From Synergistales bacterium (GTDB lineage: Bacteria > Synergistota > Synergistia > Synergistales > JAFGMB01), in contig OY762654.1 in NCBI GenBank assembly GCA_963666205.1, positions 352,001-416,000 on the forward strand: 64,000 nt of DNA. Reading direction: 5' to 3'. A model generated the notes under the pieces. The model had not been told where the DNA came from. It did not search any database and saw nothing but the letters and a program-made list of their open reading frames with translations. Shown piece after piece: positions 10,556 through 22,303 of this stretch (position 1 is the stretch's first letter; each line of letters starts with the position of its first letter). The translations under genes and the position numbers were made by a program.

Positions 10556-11092
10556 CTAGGCACCGGCTTTGCCGGCTTTGCGGATAATGTGTTCGCCAGC
10601 GTAGCGAATACCCTTACCCTTGTAGGGCTCAGGTGGTCTGAAGCCTCTGATTACAGCTGACACCTGTCCGACCTGTTGTTTATCAATTCCCTTGACTTTG
10701 ATCTTGGTAGGGCCATCAGTTTCGATCTCAATTCCTTCTGGCGGATCAAATTCAACAGGGTTGGAATATCCCAGGTTGAGAACAAGCTTGGTACCCTGTA
10801 CCTGAGCCCTGTATCCTACGCCGACGATTTCAAGCTGTCTCTCAAAGCCACTGCTGACACCAGTGACCATGTTGCTGATCAGAGCTCTCATCATACCGTG
10901 AAAAGCTCTGGTCTGCTTTTGATCGTTCTCACGCGATACAATTACCTGGGAATCTTCAACCTGTACATTAATCCCTGAAACAAGAGGAGTTGAAAGTTCA
11001 CCCTTAGGACCTTTCACTACGACCTTACCATCAATTAAAGTCAGGGTTGCGCCCTTGGAAAGTGATATTGGTTTACGTCCTATTCTTGACAT
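10556..11092 (-). CDS. rplF: 50S ribosomal protein L6
   Basis: MSRIGRKPI, RPPEPYKGKGIRY. Confidence 0.97.
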   Translation of the reverse strand: MSRIGRKPISLSKGATLTLIDGKVVVKGPKGELSTPLVSGINVQVEDSQVIVSRENDQKQTRAFHGMMRALISNMVTGVSSGFERQLEIVGVGYRAQVQGTKLVLNLGYSNPVEFDPPEGIEIETDGPTKIKVKGIDKQQVGQVSAVIRGFRPPEPYKGKGIRYAGEHIIRKAGKAGA

Positions 11093-11106
11093 AAAGACAC
11101 CTCCCG

Positions 11107-11511
11107 TTACCAGACGTAGCAGACAACTTCGCCACCGAGACCCTGTTTGCCGGCTTCTACATCAGTCTTAAGACCCTGAGATGTAGATATAACAGCAACA
11201 CCAAGACCTCCCATTACTTTGGGAAGATTGTCCTTTCCTACGTATATTCTTCTGCCTGGTTTACTTACCCTTCTCAACCCCTGTATGACTCTTTCCTTAT
11301 TTGGACCATACTTAAGAAAAAGCCTGACAACCGAGTAGGGTTTCTTAGGATCATTAATTACCTTGTAATTGCGGATATAACCCTCTTCTTTGAGGATCTT
11401 GGCGATCTCCATTTTAATATTACTCATGGGAACATCAACAGTCTCATGAAAAACCATATTTGAGTTTCTGATCCTTGTGAGCATATCCGCGATTGGATCG
11501 TTAGTATACAT
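11107..11511 (-). CDS. rpsH: 30S ribosomal protein S8
   Basis: [32 protein letters not shown] at 11511. Confidence 0.97.
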   Translation of the reverse strand: MYTNDPIADMLTRIRNSNMVFHETVDVPMSNIKMEIAKILKEEGYIRNYKVINDPKKPYSVVRLFLKYGPNKERVIQGLRRVSKPGRRIYVGKDNLPKVMGGLGVAVISTSQGLKTDVEAGKQGLGGEVVCYVW

Positions 11512-11540
11512 TCCAATAGCCCCCTTAAACGTCCACTCTT

Positions 11541-11726
11541 CTACCAACTGGACTTAACTACACCAGGAATCTTGCCTTCTCTGGCAAGTTTCCTGAAACA
11601 GCACCTGCACATATTAAACCTGCGCATGTAGGAGTGAACTCTACCGCATAACGGACATCTGTTATGCTGTCTAACCTTGAATTTGGGGGGTTGCTTTGCC
11701 TTATATTCCATAGCTTTTCTTGCCAT
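11541..11726 (-). CDS. rpsN: 30S ribosomal protein S14, short Zn-binding type Z
   Basis: 61 aa; RCPLCGR...MCRCCFR...PGVVKSSW. Confidence 0.96.
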   Translation of the reverse strand: MARKAMEYKAKQPPKFKVRQHNRCPLCGRVHSYMRRFNMCRCCFRKLAREGKIPGVVKSSW

Positions 11727-11740
11727 AAGAGCCCCCTCCT

Positions 11741-12283
11741 TTACTTTTTGAATGGCATTCCCATAACCTTAAAAAAGGCATGGGATTCTTCATCGGTTTT
11801 TGCAGTAGTAACAAAAGATACGTTCATACCGCGAACCATTGCGACTTTATCGTAGTTGATCTCGGGAAAGATAAGCTGTTCTTTAAGACCCAGGTTGTAA
11901 TTTCCTCTACCATCAAAGGCCTTGTCAGAAACTCCCTGAAAATCCTTGATTCGGGGAAGTACTACAGAAACAAGTCTTTCAAAGAATTCCCACATCTTGG
12001 CTCCTCTAAGGGTAACCATTGCGCCAACTGGCATTCCTTCTCTTACCTTGAAACCTGCAACAGACTTCTTGGCTCTCTTCAGTAGAGGATGTTGTCCTGA
12101 GATCTGTGTAAGTTCAGCAATTGCTGAATCTATATACTTTGAATCGATCTTTGCCTCTCCAACACCTATGTTCACGACAATTTTTACAAGTCTGGGAACC
12201 TCCATGATGTTAGAATAATTGAACTCCTTCATCAGCTGAGGTACCGCTTCATCCTTATATAACTCCTGAAAACGCGGGATCAT
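11741..12283 (-). CDS. rplE: 50S ribosomal protein L5
   Basis: [20 protein letters not shown]. Confidence 0.97.
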   Translation of the reverse strand: MIPRFQELYKDEAVPQLMKEFNYSNIMEVPRLVKIVVNIGVGEAKIDSKYIDSAIAELTQISGQHPLLKRAKKSVAGFKVREGMPVGAMVTLRGAKMWEFFERLVSVVLPRIKDFQGVSDKAFDGRGNYNLGLKEQLIFPEINYDKVAMVRGMNVSFVTTAKTDEESHAFFKVMGMPFKK

Positions 12284-12301
12284 GTTTAAAGCGCCTCCTC
12301 A

Positions 12302-12628
12302 CTATACCTGATCTACTACTTCGCCACATTTTTTGCAGAGGCGAACTTTTCGACCATCTTCAAGATAGGCTCGGCGAACCCGCGTTGCCTTACCGCAAGA
12401 GGGACATACCAACATCACCTTACAGGAGTGAATGGGACATTCCTGTTTGATAATTCCTGCCTGAGGATTCTTCTGAGAGGGTTTCACATGTTTTGTTGCA
12501 ACATTTACTCCCTCGATCACTAACATGTCACCCTTTGGCATTGATCTAAGGATCTTCCCCTCTTTTCCCTTATCCTTACCGGAGACCACTTTTACGCGAT
12601 CCCCTTTTTTGATTCTCATTTTTCCCAT
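12302..12628 (-). CDS. rplX: 50S ribosomal protein L24
   Basis: IKKGDRVKVVSGKDKGKEGKI; CPSC...CKKC. Confidence 0.96.
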   Translation of the reverse strand: MGKMRIKKGDRVKVVSGKDKGKEGKILRSMPKGDMLVIEGVNVATKHVKPSQKNPQAGIIKQECPIHSCKVMLVCPSCGKATRVRRAYLEDGRKVRLCKKCGEVVDQV

Positions 12629-12643
12629 AATATGACTGCCCCC

Positions 12644-13012
12644 TTAAACTACTTCCGGTGCAAGGGAAAGAATACGCATATAGTTCTTGGCCCTCAGTTC
12701 TCTGGCAACTGGACCAAAGATACGCGTACCCTTGGGGTCTCCATTGTTGTCAATGATAACGGCAGCATTGTCATCAAAACGAACATAGGAACCATCCTTA
12801 CGTCTGATTTCTTTCTTGGTCCTTACGATAACTGCCTTGACAACCTGCCCTTTTCCTATGTTGCTGTTAGGAATAGCTTCCCTGACAGAAGCAACAATTA
12901 CATCTCCTATGGTGCCCCAGGATCGTCTGCTTCCACCAAGAACCTGTATACACTTAACTCTCCTGGCACCAGAATTGTCTGCTACTTTGAGCACTGTGTT
13001 CAACTGAATCAT
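12644..13012 (-). CDS. rplN: 50S ribosomal protein L14
   Basis: [26 protein letters not shown]. Confidence 0.97.
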   Translation of the reverse strand: MIQLNTVLKVADNSGARRVKCIQVLGGSRRSWGTIGDVIVASVREAIPNSNIGKGQVVKAVIVRTKKEIRRKDGSYVRFDDNAAVIIDNNGDPKGTRIFGPVARELRAKNYMRILSLAPEVV

Positions 13013-13015
13013 AGT

Positions 13016-13315
13016 TTATTCCTCCCTGGGAGAAGAACGATCGGTATCAAATACAGGAGCTCTCTTGATAATCTCTATGACACTCCAGCATTTGTTCTTG
13101 CTCATTGGACGGACTTCACCTATAGAAACAGTATCACCGATACGGCAGGAGTTGTCCGCATCGTGGGCCATATATTTAGTACTTTTAATAATCCGTTTGC
13201 CATACAATGGATGTTCAGAATAGCGCGACACCTGAACTACAACACTTTGATCCATCTTGTTACTAACGACAATTCCCACTCGGGTCTTACGATGGGGTTT
13301 ACGTACCTCCATCAT
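13016..13315 (-). CDS. rpsQ: 30S ribosomal protein S17
   Basis: GIVVSNKMDQSVVV, HPLYGK, RPMSKNK.W. Confidence 0.96.
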   Translation of the reverse strand: MMEVRKPHRKTRVGIVVSNKMDQSVVVQVSRYSEHPLYGKRIIKSTKYMAHDADNSCRIGDTVSIGEVRPMSKNKCWSVIEIIKRAPVFDTDRSSPREE

Positions 13316-13318
13316 GCG

Positions 13319-13531
13319 TTACCTCCTTCCAATAGGGCTCTGTCCAGCCTGTTTTTCAAGGGTCACAGTCAGAACCCTTGCAATGGTTTTTTTAACATCA
13401 TTGATTCGGCTGGTATTCTTAAGCTGCCCTATGGCATTCTGAAAACGAAGGTTAAACAACTCTTCTTTATATTGACGATGTTTTTCCTCAAGTTCTTCAA
13501 GTGTAAGATCTCTCAAGCCTTTAACATCCAT
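13319..13531 (-). CDS. rpmC: 50S ribosomal protein L29
   Basis: ELFNLRFQ...GQL...KKTIARVLT. Confidence 0.96.
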   Translation of the reverse strand: MDVKGLRDLTLEELEEKHRQYKEELFNLRFQNAIGQLKNTSRINDVKKTIARVLTVTLEKQAGQSPIGRR

Positions 13532-13533
13532 TC

Positions 13534-13956
13534 TTAATCACCACCAAGACCTTCACGGGCAACCAGACGGACCTTGATCGGAAGTTTGTGAGAGGCAGTC
13601 CTGAAGGCCTGCTCTACGACTTCACGAGGTACACCAGCAACCTCGAACATGATTCTTCCTCTTTTGACAGGAGCAACCCAGAATTCCGGGCTTCCTTTAC
13701 CTTTACCCATCCTTGTTTCCAACGGTTTTTTTGTGAATGGACGATCAGGGAAAATCCTGATCCAGATCTTGCCGCCCTTTTTCATTTTTCTTGATATGGC
13801 GACACGGGTTGCTTCGATCTGTCGAGCCGTTATCCAGCCACAATCCAGGGCCTGCAGCCCATATTCACCAAAAGCAACCGTTGCACCACCTTTGGTAATC
13901 CCACGAAGTGGTCTACGAAAAGGTTTGCGATACTTGACTCGTTTCGGCATTAACAT
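13534..13956 (-). CDS. rplP: 50S ribosomal protein L16
   Basis: [19 protein letters not shown]. Confidence 0.97.
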   Translation of the reverse strand: MLMPKRVKYRKPFRRPLRGITKGGATVAFGEYGLQALDCGWITARQIEATRVAISRKMKKGGKIWIRIFPDRPFTKKPLETRMGKGKGSPEFWVAPVKRGRIMFEVAGVPREVVEQAFRTASHKLPIKVRLVAREGLGGD

Positions 13957-13961
13957 GGGAG

Positions 13962-14633
13962 CTACCTCCTTGAGCCTCTACCAGATCTGCGTGGAGCAGC
14001 TTTGGTCTCATTTTCACGATCACGGAAAATCCAGACCTTGACACCTATTACTCCATAGATGGTCTTGGCTTCGGCAAATCCATAGTCGATATCCGCACGT
14101 ATTGTTGAAAGGGGAAGCCGGCCTTCGTTGTACCATTCAGTCCGAGCTATCTCTGCCCCTCCGAGTCTGCCTGAACACTGTATCTTGATACCCTTAGCTC
14201 CAGCTTTCATAGCACGGAAAATAGACTGTTTCATAGCCCTACGGAAACTAACACGTCTTTCTAGTGCTGATGCTACACCTTCAGACACAAGCTGAGCTTC
14301 AAGATCTGCATTCTTAACTTCCTGTACATTTATCATGATCTTGGAACCGGTCATTTTATTCAGTTCGTCTTTGACAATCTGAATTTCCTGGCCACCTTTT
14401 CCTATTACTACACCAGGCCGGGAGGTCCATATAGTAAAACGAATTACATTACCTACTCGTTCAATCTCGACCTTCGGGATACCGGCATTAGACCAGCGGC
14501 CTTTGATCCATTCTCTGAGTTTAAGATCTTCATGAAGATTCTTGGCATAATTTTTGCCATCAGCATACCATTTAGACTGCCACTCACTTACAACTCCAAG
14601 CCTATATCCTGTTGGGTGAACCTTCTGTCCCAC
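13962..14633 (-). CDS. rpsC: 30S ribosomal protein S3
   Basis: [25 protein letters not shown]. Confidence 0.97.
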   Translation of the reverse strand: MGQKVHPTGYRLGVVSEWQSKWYADGKNYAKNLHEDLKLREWIKGRWSNAGIPKVEIERVGNVIRFTIWTSRPGVVIGKGGQEIQIVKDELNKMTGSKIMINVQEVKNADLEAQLVSEGVASALERRVSFRRAMKQSIFRAMKAGAKGIKIQCSGRLGGAEIARTEWYNEGRLPLSTIRADIDYGFAEAKTIYGVIGVKVWIFRDRENETKAAPRRSGRGSRR

Positions 14634-14646
14634 CAGTCACCCCTCC

Positions 14647-14988
14647 TTAGCGTTCTGCAACCTTGACAGTTACATGGGTTGTACGGTGTCGGTAGGGATG
14701 GGCTCTGCCCATGGATACCGGACGCCACCGTTTCATGCTGGGTCCCTGATCCGCAGTTGCACTTACAACTTTGAGTTTATCAATGTCCAGACCGAAATTA
14801 TGCTCTGCATTGGCAACAGCACTCTGAAGGACCTTAGCAACTATTTGAGCTGATTTCTTCGGATTATATCGAAGGATCATCAGCGCTTCATCTACGTTCT
14901 TTCCTCTGATTAAGGGCAGGACCTGCCTCACCTTGAAAGGTGATATTCTGACCTGCCGGGCAAGGGCTTTAGCTTCCATTACCATCAC
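14647..14988 (-). CDS. rplV: 50S ribosomal protein L22
   Basis: RISPFKVR, SAVANAEHN, MGRA. Confidence 0.96.
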   Translation of the reverse strand: MMVMEAKALARQVRISPFKVRQVLPLIRGKNVDEALMILRYNPKKSAQIVAKVLQSAVANAEHNFGLDIDKLKVVSATADQGPSMKRWRPVSMGRAHPYRHRTTHVTVKVAER

Positions 14989-14991
14989 TCC

Positions 14992-15273
14992 TTACCTGAC
15001 ACGAGTGGATTTTTCCTGGCCGGCATGTCTTCCAAACTTCCGGGTAGGAGAAAATTCACCTAACTTGTGACCAACCATGTTTTCACTGATAAAGATCGGA
15101 ATGTGAACTCTACCGTTATGAACTGCAATGGTATGACCTATCATGGCGGGTACTATTGTTGAAGCGCGAGACCAGGTTTTGATAACTCTTTTCTGGCTAG
15201 CATCGTTCATGTCTTCGACCTTTCGAAGCAATTTGCGATCAACATAGGGCCCTTTTTTTGTAGAGCGAGCCAT
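14992..15273 (-). CDS. rpsS: 30S ribosomal protein S19
   Basis: [22 protein letters not shown]. Confidence 0.97.
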   Translation of the reverse strand: MARSTKKGPYVDRKLLRKVEDMNDASQKRVIKTWSRASTIVPAMIGHTIAVHNGRVHIPIFISENMVGHKLGEFSPTRKFGRHAGQEKSTRVR

Positions 15274-15292
15274 TTCTGTCCCTCCTTACGCC

Positions 15293-16120
15293 TTACTTTG
15301 TATTACGGCGTCTTACTATTAGCCGGTCAGAAGCTTTCTTCTTACGGGTACGATACCCTTTAGCCGGCGTACCCCATGGTGAAGTAGGATGTTTTTTGGA
15401 CTTGCTTCGACCTTCGCCACCACCCATAGGATGATCTACGGGGTTCATTACCATACCACGAACCATGGGCCTTCTGCCAAGCCAGCGAGTTTTTCCAGCC
15501 TTACCTACGGTGGTATTTTCATGCTCCTCGTTGCCAACCTGACCTATGGTAGCCATGCATTCATTCAGTACTAAACGTAACTCACTGCTTGGCATACGAA
15601 TATATGCATACTTGCCTTCCTTGGCCATAAGCTGGGCTGATGTACCTGCTGAACGAACAAGGACAGCTCCCCTGCCGGGTTCGAGCTCAATATTGTGTAC
15701 TACAGTACCAATAGGTATATCCTTAAGTTTTAGTGCATTTCCCGGAGTCATATCAGAACCGGGACCGGACTGGATAGTGGTACCTACGCCTACTCCGGAT
15801 GGCGCAATAATATACCGCTTCTCCCCATCCGCATAGTTCACGAGGGCTATCCTGGCTGAACGGTTGGGATCATATTCAATAGCTGCAACCACTCCAGGTA
15901 CACCAAGCTTATCTCTCTTGAAATCGATGATCCTGTACTGCTTCTTGGTTCCACCACCACGGTGACGCATGGTAATTCTACCGAGATTATTCCTACCACC
16001 TTTACGATGAATAGGTGCCAGCAATGACTTTTCTGGCTCTGTTTTGGTAATATCATCAAAGGTTTGAATGCTCATAAAGCGTCGCCCGGCAGTGAAGGGT
16101 TTGAACTTTTTAATTCCCAT
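15293..16120 (-). CDS. rplB: 50S ribosomal protein L2
   Basis: [26 protein letters not shown]. Confidence 0.98.
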   Translation of the reverse strand: MGIKKFKPFTAGRRFMSIQTFDDITKTEPEKSLLAPIHRKGGRNNLGRITMRHRGGGTKKQYRIIDFKRDKLGVPGVVAAIEYDPNRSARIALVNYADGEKRYIIAPSGVGVGTTIQSGPGSDMTPGNALKLKDIPIGTVVHNIELEPGRGAVLVRSAGTSAQLMAKEGKYAYIRMPSSELRLVLNECMATIGQVGNEEHENTTVGKAGKTRWLGRRPMVRGMVMNPVDHPMGGGEGRSKSKKHPTSPWGTPAKGYRTRKKKASDRLIVRRRNTK

Positions 16121-16141
16121 TTTTATGTCCTCCCCTCACAC

Positions 16142-16438
16142 TTAGACACTGGCACCTTCGAAGAATTCAATGCGCTCACCATCAACCAGGGTAACGATTG
16201 CTTTCTTCCAGGAACGAGACTTACCCAAGAATGCACCCATCCTTTTGGGTTTGGAACGTACTTTCAGTGTGTGAACTTTCTCGACTTTTACCTTAAACAC
16301 ATCCTGAACAGCATTTCTTATCTGGATCTTGTTAGCACTAGGATGAACTTCAAAGGTGTACTGATTATGCTCCATCTGGCGACTGCTTTTTTCGGTTATA
16401 ACTGGTCTTATGATAATGTCATGGGCTAGCAGTCTCAT
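16142..16438 (-). CDS. rplW: 50S ribosomal protein L23
   Basis: RPVITEKS, WKKAIVTL. Confidence 0.96.
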   Translation of the reverse strand: MRLLAHDIIIRPVITEKSSRQMEHNQYTFEVHPSANKIQIRNAVQDVFKVKVEKVHTLKVRSKPKRMGAFLGKSRSWKKAIVTLVDGERIEFFEGASV

Positions 16439-17058
16439 AGTGCATACACCTCCTCTATCTTTCTGACAGCTTCGGGTGTAAGAACAAGATTACCTGAGTG
16501 AAGAATGTCGTAAACATTGATACTGTCAATATTAAGAACTCTGGCACCTGGAATATTTCTAGCGGACTGGAGAAGATTCGAATCAGTCTCATGCGTTAAA
16601 ACCAGAGGTTTAGTGGCATTGAGTGCATTAAAGAATCCAACCATCGCTTTTGTAGAAGGTTTGTCAAGATCGAAAGATTGAACTACATTTAATCTTTGCT
16701 CCTGTACTTTAAGAGAAAGAGCACTTCTAAGTGCTAACCTTCTAACCTTTTTGTTGACTTTCTGATGATAATCCCTGGGCTTGGGTCCATGGACAACTCC
16801 ACCGCCAACCCAGATAGGAGAACGGCTACTCCCATGTCTCGCGCGTCCCGTGTGCTTCTGACGCCAAGGTTTTTTCCCTCCACCTGAAACTTCGCCTCTT
16901 GTCTTGGCGGAATGTGTTCCCTGGCGACGATTTGCGAGTTGAGCAACCACGACCTGATGCATCGCCGGGATGTGTATGGGAGCACCAAAGACTGCTTCAG
17001 AAAGCTCAAGGTCCTCAATTTCTTCGCCCAGAAAACTGACTAGTTTAATGGTAGGCAT
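16435..17058 (-). CDS. rplD: 50S ribosomal protein L4
   Basis: KTRGEVSGGGKKPWRQKHTGRAR. Confidence 0.97.
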   Translation of the reverse strand: MPTIKLVSFLGEEIEDLELSEAVFGAPIHIPAMHQVVVAQLANRRQGTHSAKTRGEVSGGGKKPWRQKHTGRARHGSSRSPIWVGGGVVHGPKPRDYHQKVNKKVRRLALRSALSLKVQEQRLNVVQSFDLDKPSTKAMVGFFNALNATKPLVLTHETDSNLLQSARNIPGARVLNIDSINVYDILHSGNLVLTPEAVRKIEEVYAL

Positions 17059-17088
17059 TAGTATCCTGCCCTCCTTCTAATTCCCGGC

Positions 17089-17715
17089 TTAACCCTGCTT
17101 GGTAACCATAACCAGGGCATTTCTTGCTCCTGGAATGGCTCCCTTTATAAGCAGGAGATTGTTTCCGGGGTCAACTGCAACTACTAAAAGATTCTTTACA
17201 GTTACCCTCTCATTTCCCAAACGTCCAGGCATCGTTTTACCCTTAAACACCTTACCAGGGTAACTGCTACCTCCACTGGAACCAGGTTTCCTATGGGTTT
17301 TGGAAACACCATGTGTTGCAGGGTTTCCTCCAAAACCAAAACGTTTTATCACACCAGCAAAACCTTTACCTTTACTCCACCCGGTGATATTAACTTTTTC
17401 TCCGGTTTCAAAAAGGTCTACAGTAATGTCCTGACCAACACTAAACTCGTCAGTCTTGTCTACCCTGAACTCCCTAACCACTTTTTTGGGATCAACTTTA
17501 GCCGCAGCAAAGATACCCTTCATGGGCTTGTTCATCTTCTGGACCTTGGCATCACCAAAACCGACGGTAAGTGCGGAGTAACCATTTCTGTCTGGAGTCT
17601 TAATATCAATTATTGGACATGGTCCTGCTTCAACTACTGTTATGGGCACTGCCTGCCCTTCTTCGGTGTATATCTGAGTCATCCCCAGCTTACGACCTAG
17701 AATGCCTATGGACAT
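17089..17715 (-). CDS. rplC: 50S ribosomal protein L3
   Basis: GRKLGMTQ, SKGKGFAGVIKR, KGAIPG. Confidence 0.97.
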   Translation of the reverse strand: MSIGILGRKLGMTQIYTEEGQAVPITVVEAGPCPIIDIKTPDRNGYSALTVGFGDAKVQKMNKPMKGIFAAAKVDPKKVVREFRVDKTDEFSVGQDITVDLFETGEKVNITGWSKGKGFAGVIKRFGFGGNPATHGVSKTHRKPGSSGGSSYPGKVFKGKTMPGRLGNERVTVKNLLVVAVDPGNNLLLIKGAIPGARNALVMVTKQG

Positions 17716-17746
17716 TCATTTCACTCCTTTCAGCTCAGAGCTTCCC

Positions 17747-18052
17747 CTACAATTTAATCTGGATATCTACTCCAGAAGGAAGGTTCAGCTGCATAAGCGC
17801 ATCCATTGTTTTTTGTGTCGGATTGAGAATATCAATCAGGCGCTTATGAGTCCTTGTCTCAAACTGTTCTCTCGCATCCTTGTTAACATGAGGAGACTTG
17901 AGAATAGTATATTTGTTAATTTCCGTAGGAAGTGGAATAGGACCAGAAACCTGGGCTCCACTTCTCTGCGCGGTTTCAGCTATCTGTGAGGCTGAACTAT
18001 CCAGCACTCTATGATCAAAGGCCTTAAGCCTGATGCGGATCTTTTTCGCCAC
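17747..18052 (-). CDS. rpsJ: 30S ribosomal protein S10
   Basis: [32 protein letters not shown]. Confidence 0.97.
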   Translation of the reverse strand: MAKKIRIRLKAFDHRVLDSSASQIAETAQRSGAQVSGPIPLPTEINKYTILKSPHVNKDAREQFETRTHKRLIDILNPTQKTMDALMQLNLPSGVDIQIKL

Positions 18053-18072
18053 TTGTAATCCCCCCTTTGGGG

Positions 18073-19272
18073 CTACTCAAGGATTTCGGTAACTACGCCG
18101 GCGCCAACGGTATGTCCGCCTTCACGGACTGCAAAACGAAGTCCCGGCTCCATGGCGATGGGAACTATAAGCTTGACTTCGAAGTTAGCGTTGTCTCCGG
18201 GCATTACCATTTCTACTCCCTCTGGAAGCTTGATCTCACCTGTTACGTCCGTGGTCCTGAAATAGAACTGAGGCTTGTATCCAGCAAAGAACGGGGTATG
18301 CCTTCCGCCTTCCTCTTTCTTCAATACATATACCTCGCCCTTGAACCATGTGTGAGGTGTAATGGATCCAGGCTTGGCCAGTACCTGGCCTCGCTCTACT
18401 TCTTCCTTGCCTACTCCCCTCAGAAGTACTCCTACGTTGTCTCCTGCCATGGCATTGTCAAGGATCTTACGGAACATCTCAAGGGATGTTGCTACACTCT
18501 TGACTATGTCCGTCTTCATTCCGATGATGGCTACTTCCTCTCCAGCATTGATGACTCCCCGCTCTACCCTGCCCGTTACCACTGTCCCTCGACCCGTTAT
18601 GGTAAATACATCCTCTATGGGCATAAGGAAAGGCTTGTCCATCTCCCTGGCTGGCTCGGGTATGTAACTGTCACATGCATCCATAAGCTCCCAGATACAC
18701 TTGGCTTCGGGAGTCTCCTTCGTTCCTTCGCTCTCAAGAGCCTTGAGAGCACTTCCCCTGACAACCGGAATGTCATCTCCAGGGAACTCATAGGCACTCA
18801 GAAGCTCACGCACTTCCATCTCTACAAGATCAAGAAGCTCTTCGTCATCCACCTGGTCTGTCTTGTTCATGAATACTACAAGGGCCGGCACATTAACCTG
18901 ACGGGCTAGAAGTACATGCTCCCTCGTCTGGGGCATGGGTCCGTCCGCTGCACTTACCACCAGAATGGCTCCGTCCATCTGGGCCGCTCCAGTGATCATG
19001 TTCTTGATGTAGTCTGCATGTCCCGGACAGTCAATATGGGCATAGTGCCTGTTATCTGTCTGGTATTCCACGTGGGCTATATTGATGGTTATTCCGCGCT
19101 CACGCTCTTCCGGTGCCTTGTCAATATCCTCAAACTTCGAAAAATCCGCAAGTCCAGACGTCGCAAGACACTTCGTGATCGCCGCTGTTAGCGTTGTCTT
19201 TCCGTGGTCTATGTGACCTACTGTCCCTATGTTCAAATGCGGCTTCGATCTTTCAAATTTCGCCTTTGCCAT
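18073..19272 (-). CDS. tuf: Elongation factor Tu
   Basis: [29 protein letters not shown]. Confidence 0.99.
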   Translation of the reverse strand: MAKAKFERSKPHLNIGTVGHIDHGKTTLTAAITKCLATSGLADFSKFEDIDKAPEERERGITINIAHVEYQTDNRHYAHIDCPGHADYIKNMITGAAQMDGAILVVSAADGPMPQTREHVLLARQVNVPALVVFMNKTDQVDDEELLDLVEMEVRELLSAYEFPGDDIPVVRGSALKALESEGTKETPEAKCIWELMDACDSYIPEPAREMDKPFLMPIEDVFTITGRGTVVTGRVERGVINAGEEVAIIGMKTDIVKSVATSLEMFRKILDNAMAGDNVGVLLRGVGKEEVERGQVLAKPGSITPHTWFKGEVYVLKKEEGGRHTPFFAGYKPQFYFRTTDVTGEIKLPEGVEMVMPGDNANFEVKLIVPIAMEPGLRFAVREGGHTVGAGVVTEILE

Positions 19273-19298
19273 TACAAGTCCCTCCTTAAATAAGACCT

Positions 19299-21356
19299 TT
19301 AACCTTTTAATATCTTCTCTGCTATGCTCTGCGAAACAGGTTCATAGTGGTCGAACTGCATGGAATAAGTAGCTCTACCCGATGTCCTGCTCCTAAGATC
19401 CGTGGCGTAACCGAACATCTCAGCCAGTGGCACAAAAGCTTTTATAGCTCTTGTATTGGCTCTCATTTCCATTCCTTCAACGTGACCTCTACGGGAAGAG
19501 AGGTCTCCCATAACATCTCCGACATATTCTTCCGGCGTGACGACTTCAACAGACATTATCGGTTCCATCAGCACAGGCCCAGCTTTTCTTACTGCTTCCT
19601 TAAAACCCATGGAAGCAGCAATTTTAAATGCCATTTCGGAACTGTCTACTTCGTGGTAGCTGCCGTCGACAAGCGCTATCTTAATGCCCACAACGGGATA
19701 ACCACCAAGAACTCCGTTGGACATTGCCTCTTCAAGACCTTTCTGAACTGCTGAGATGTACTCTCTTGGAACAGCACCGCCTACTATCTTGTCTTCAAAT
19801 TCAAAGCTTTTCTGATCTTCAAGAGGCTCAACTTCAAAGACAACATGTCCATACTGACCCCGTCCACCAGACTGTTTCACGAATTTACCCTCTGCGCGAG
19901 ACGGTTTGGTAATAGCTTCTCTATAGGCGACCTGGGGCCGGCCTACCCTAACATCTACACTGAATTCTCTTCTAAGACGATCAACAATTATCTCTAGATG
20001 AAGCTCACCCATTCCTGAGATGATTGTCTGCCCTGTCTCTTCATCAGTTTTAACTCTGAAGGTCGGATCTTCCTCAGCCAGAGCCATAAGACCTTTAGTG
20101 AGCTTGATCTTGTCCGCTTTTGTCATGGGCTCGACCGCAAGGTGAATTACCGGATCCGGGAAAGTAAGATTTTCAAGGACAATGGGTGATCCTTCATCAC
20201 AAAGGGTATCACCTGTGCGGGTCTTCTTGAGCCCTGGCAAAGCAACTATCATGCCAGCGGACGCTTCATCAAGGTCCTCCCGTTTATTAGCATGCATCTG
20301 AAGAATACGTCCTACCCTTTCCCTGGTATTGGTAACAGGGTTATAGACTGAACTTCCCTTGGTCACTGTTCCGGAATATATTCTACAGAAAACAAGGCGT
20401 CCCACAAAAGGGTCTACCATGATCTTGAATGCAAGAGCTGTAAATGTAGAATCCGCCTTAGCTGTTCTTTGCAAAGTCTCGGAAGAATCAGGAGACATTC
20501 CGACGACCGGGGGAAGGTCCATAGGACTTGGAAGATAGTCCACTACTGCATCAAGAAGAGGCTGAACGCCCTTATTCTTAAAGGCAGTACCACACATAAC
20601 AGGAATGATCTTTATTGAAATAGTACTCTGTCGAATAGCTTTTTTAATAAGTTCCTGAGGAACGTCCTGACCATCAAGATAGAGAGACATTATTTCCTCG
20701 TCAAAATCTGCAAGGGTTTCAATAAGTTCATCCCTGGCAGCGAGAGCCTCCTCCTTTAAGTTAGAAGGGATATCGATCAACTTGGGGTCATTGCCAAGTT
20801 CATCCGTGTATATCAGTGATTTAAAAGATACAAGATCGATAATTCCTTCAAAGGTATCTTCTACACCCACAGGGAGCTGGATGGGAATTGCCCTGGCACC
20901 AAGGCGCTCACGGATACCTTTAACTACTCCGTAAAAATCAGCACCAACCCTGTCCATTTTGTTAACAAAGGCGATTCGCGGAACATGATATTTATCCGCC
21001 TGACGCCACACGGTTTCAGACTGGGGTTCAACTCCACCTACAGCACAGAATACAGAGACTGCTCCATCAAGAACACGCATGGAACGCTCAACTTCAACTG
21101 TGAAGTCCACGTGGCCGGGTGTATCAATTATATTTACAAAATTGTCTTTCCACATACAGGTAGTAGCAGCAGAAGTTATAGTAATACCCCGCTCGCGCTC
21201 CTGTTCCATCCAGTCCATGGTTGCTGCTCCCTCATGAACTTCTCCAATCTTGTAATTCCGACCAGTGTAAAACAGGATACGCTCAGTGGTTGTGGTTTTC
21301 CCGGCGTCTATATGAGCGGCGATACCGATATTACGGATAAGACTAAGATCTTTCAA
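19299..21356 (-). CDS. fusA: Elongation factor G
   Basis: [34 protein letters not shown] start. Confidence 0.98.
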   Translation of the reverse strand: MKDLSLIRNIGIAAHIDAGKTTTTERILFYTGRNYKIGEVHEGAATMDWMEQERERGITITSAATTCMWKDNFVNIIDTPGHVDFTVEVERSMRVLDGAVSVFCAVGGVEPQSETVWRQADKYHVPRIAFVNKMDRVGADFYGVVKGIRERLGARAIPIQLPVGVEDTFEGIIDLVSFKSLIYTDELGNDPKLIDIPSNLKEEALAARDELIETLADFDEEIMSLYLDGQDVPQELIKKAIRQSTISIKIIPVMCGTAFKNKGVQPLLDAVVDYLPSPMDLPPVVGMSPDSSETLQRTAKADSTFTALAFKIMVDPFVGRLVFCRIYSGTVTKGSSVYNPVTNTRERVGRILQMHANKREDLDEASAGMIVALPGLKKTRTGDTLCDEGSPIVLENLTFPDPVIHLAVEPMTKADKIKLTKGLMALAEEDPTFRVKTDEETGQTIISGMGELHLEIIVDRLRREFSVDVRVGRPQVAYREAITKPSRAEGKFVKQSGGRGQYGHVVFEVEPLEDQKSFEFEDKIVGGAVPREYISAVQKGLEEAMSNGVLGGYPVVGIKIALVDGSYHEVDSSEMAFKIAASMGFKEAVRKAGPVLMEPIMSVEVVTPEEYVGDVMGDLSSRRGHVEGMEMRANTRAIKAFVPLAEMFGYATDLRSRTSGRATYSMQFDHYEPVSQSIAEKILKG

Positions 21357-21397
21357 TTCATTTCACCACCAAGCACATTAGTTGACATACATCAAGC

Positions 21398-21868
21398 TTA
21401 TAAACGATAGTGAGCAAACGCTCTGTTGGCTTCAGCCATTTTGTGAGTATCTTCCCTCTTCTTGATTGAGGAACCTTCTCCCTTATAGGCGTCAACAAAT
21501 TCTCTGGCAAGTCTCTCGGACATAGGCATACCTTTTTTGGAACGGGAATAATTGATTATCCACCTTATGGCAAGCAACTGTGCCCTCTCCGGTACAACTT
21601 CAACAGGAATCTGATAAGTTGCTCCTCCAACTCTTCTTGGCCTTACTTCAACAAGAGGTTTAACATTATCCATAGCCTTTTTAAACACTTCAAAGGGTTC
21701 TGTATTGACCCTCTCGGCAGCGATATCAAGAGCAGTGTACATCACTTTTTCAGCAACACTCTTTTTGCCACCTGTCATCAAACCATTAATGAACTTCGAG
21801 ATCGCCTGACTTCCATATCTTGTATCAGGCAATAATCCTCTTTTCTTAAGGTGCCCCTTACGTGGCAT
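21398..21868 (-). CDS. rpsG: 30S ribosomal protein S7
   Basis: RRVGGATYQIP, HKMAEANRAFAHYR. Confidence 0.97.
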   Translation of the reverse strand: MPRKGHLKKRGLLPDTRYGSQAISKFINGLMTGGKKSVAEKVMYTALDIAAERVNTEPFEVFKKAMDNVKPLVEVRPRRVGGATYQIPVEVVPERAQLLAIRWIINYSRSKKGMPMSERLAREFVDAYKGEGSSIKKREDTHKMAEANRAFAHYRL

Positions 21869-21896
21869 GATTCATATTCCTCCCTTAAACCTAACT

Positions 21897-22268
21897 CTAC
21901 TTGGGCCTCCTGGCACCATATTTGGAACGCCCTCTTTTACGATTTTCAACGCCGCCACAGTCCAGAGTACCTCTTACAATATGATACCGGACACCAGGAA
22001 GGTCCTTTACTCGGCCGCCCCTCACTAGAACCACTGAATGTTCCTGAAGGTTATGTCCAATTCCCGGGATATATGATGTTACCTCAATACCGTTGGTCAA
22101 TCGAACACGGGCTACCTTCCTTAAAGCGGAATTCGGCTTCTTTGGAGTTACGGTATAAACACGTGTACAAACTCCCCTGCGAGCTGGGTTTGACTGTAAA
22201 GCAGGAGCATTGGTTTTCTGTCTTTTTTCCTTCCGTCCATGTCTTATCAGCTGGTTAATTGTTGGCAC
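21897..22268 (-). CDS. rpsL: 30S ribosomal protein S12
   Basis: [20 protein letters not shown]. Confidence 0.98.
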   Translation of the reverse strand: MPTINQLIRHGRKEKRQKTNAPALQSNPARRGVCTRVYTVTPKKPNSALRKVARVRLTNGIEVTSYIPGIGHNLQEHSVVLVRGGRVKDLPGVRYHIVRGTLDCGGVENRKRGRSKYGARRPK

Positions 22269-22303
22269 TATATTCCCTCCTTCCCATTAATTCGTAAACA
22301 ATG

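Noticed and set aside
12632..13537. 301-aa plus-strand ORF
   Set aside because: Antisense shadow of rplN, rpsQ and rpmC, which share one frame; no recognisable motifs.
18067..18909. 280-aa plus-strand ORF opposite tuf
   Set aside because: Explained by tuf codon usage; not protein-like.
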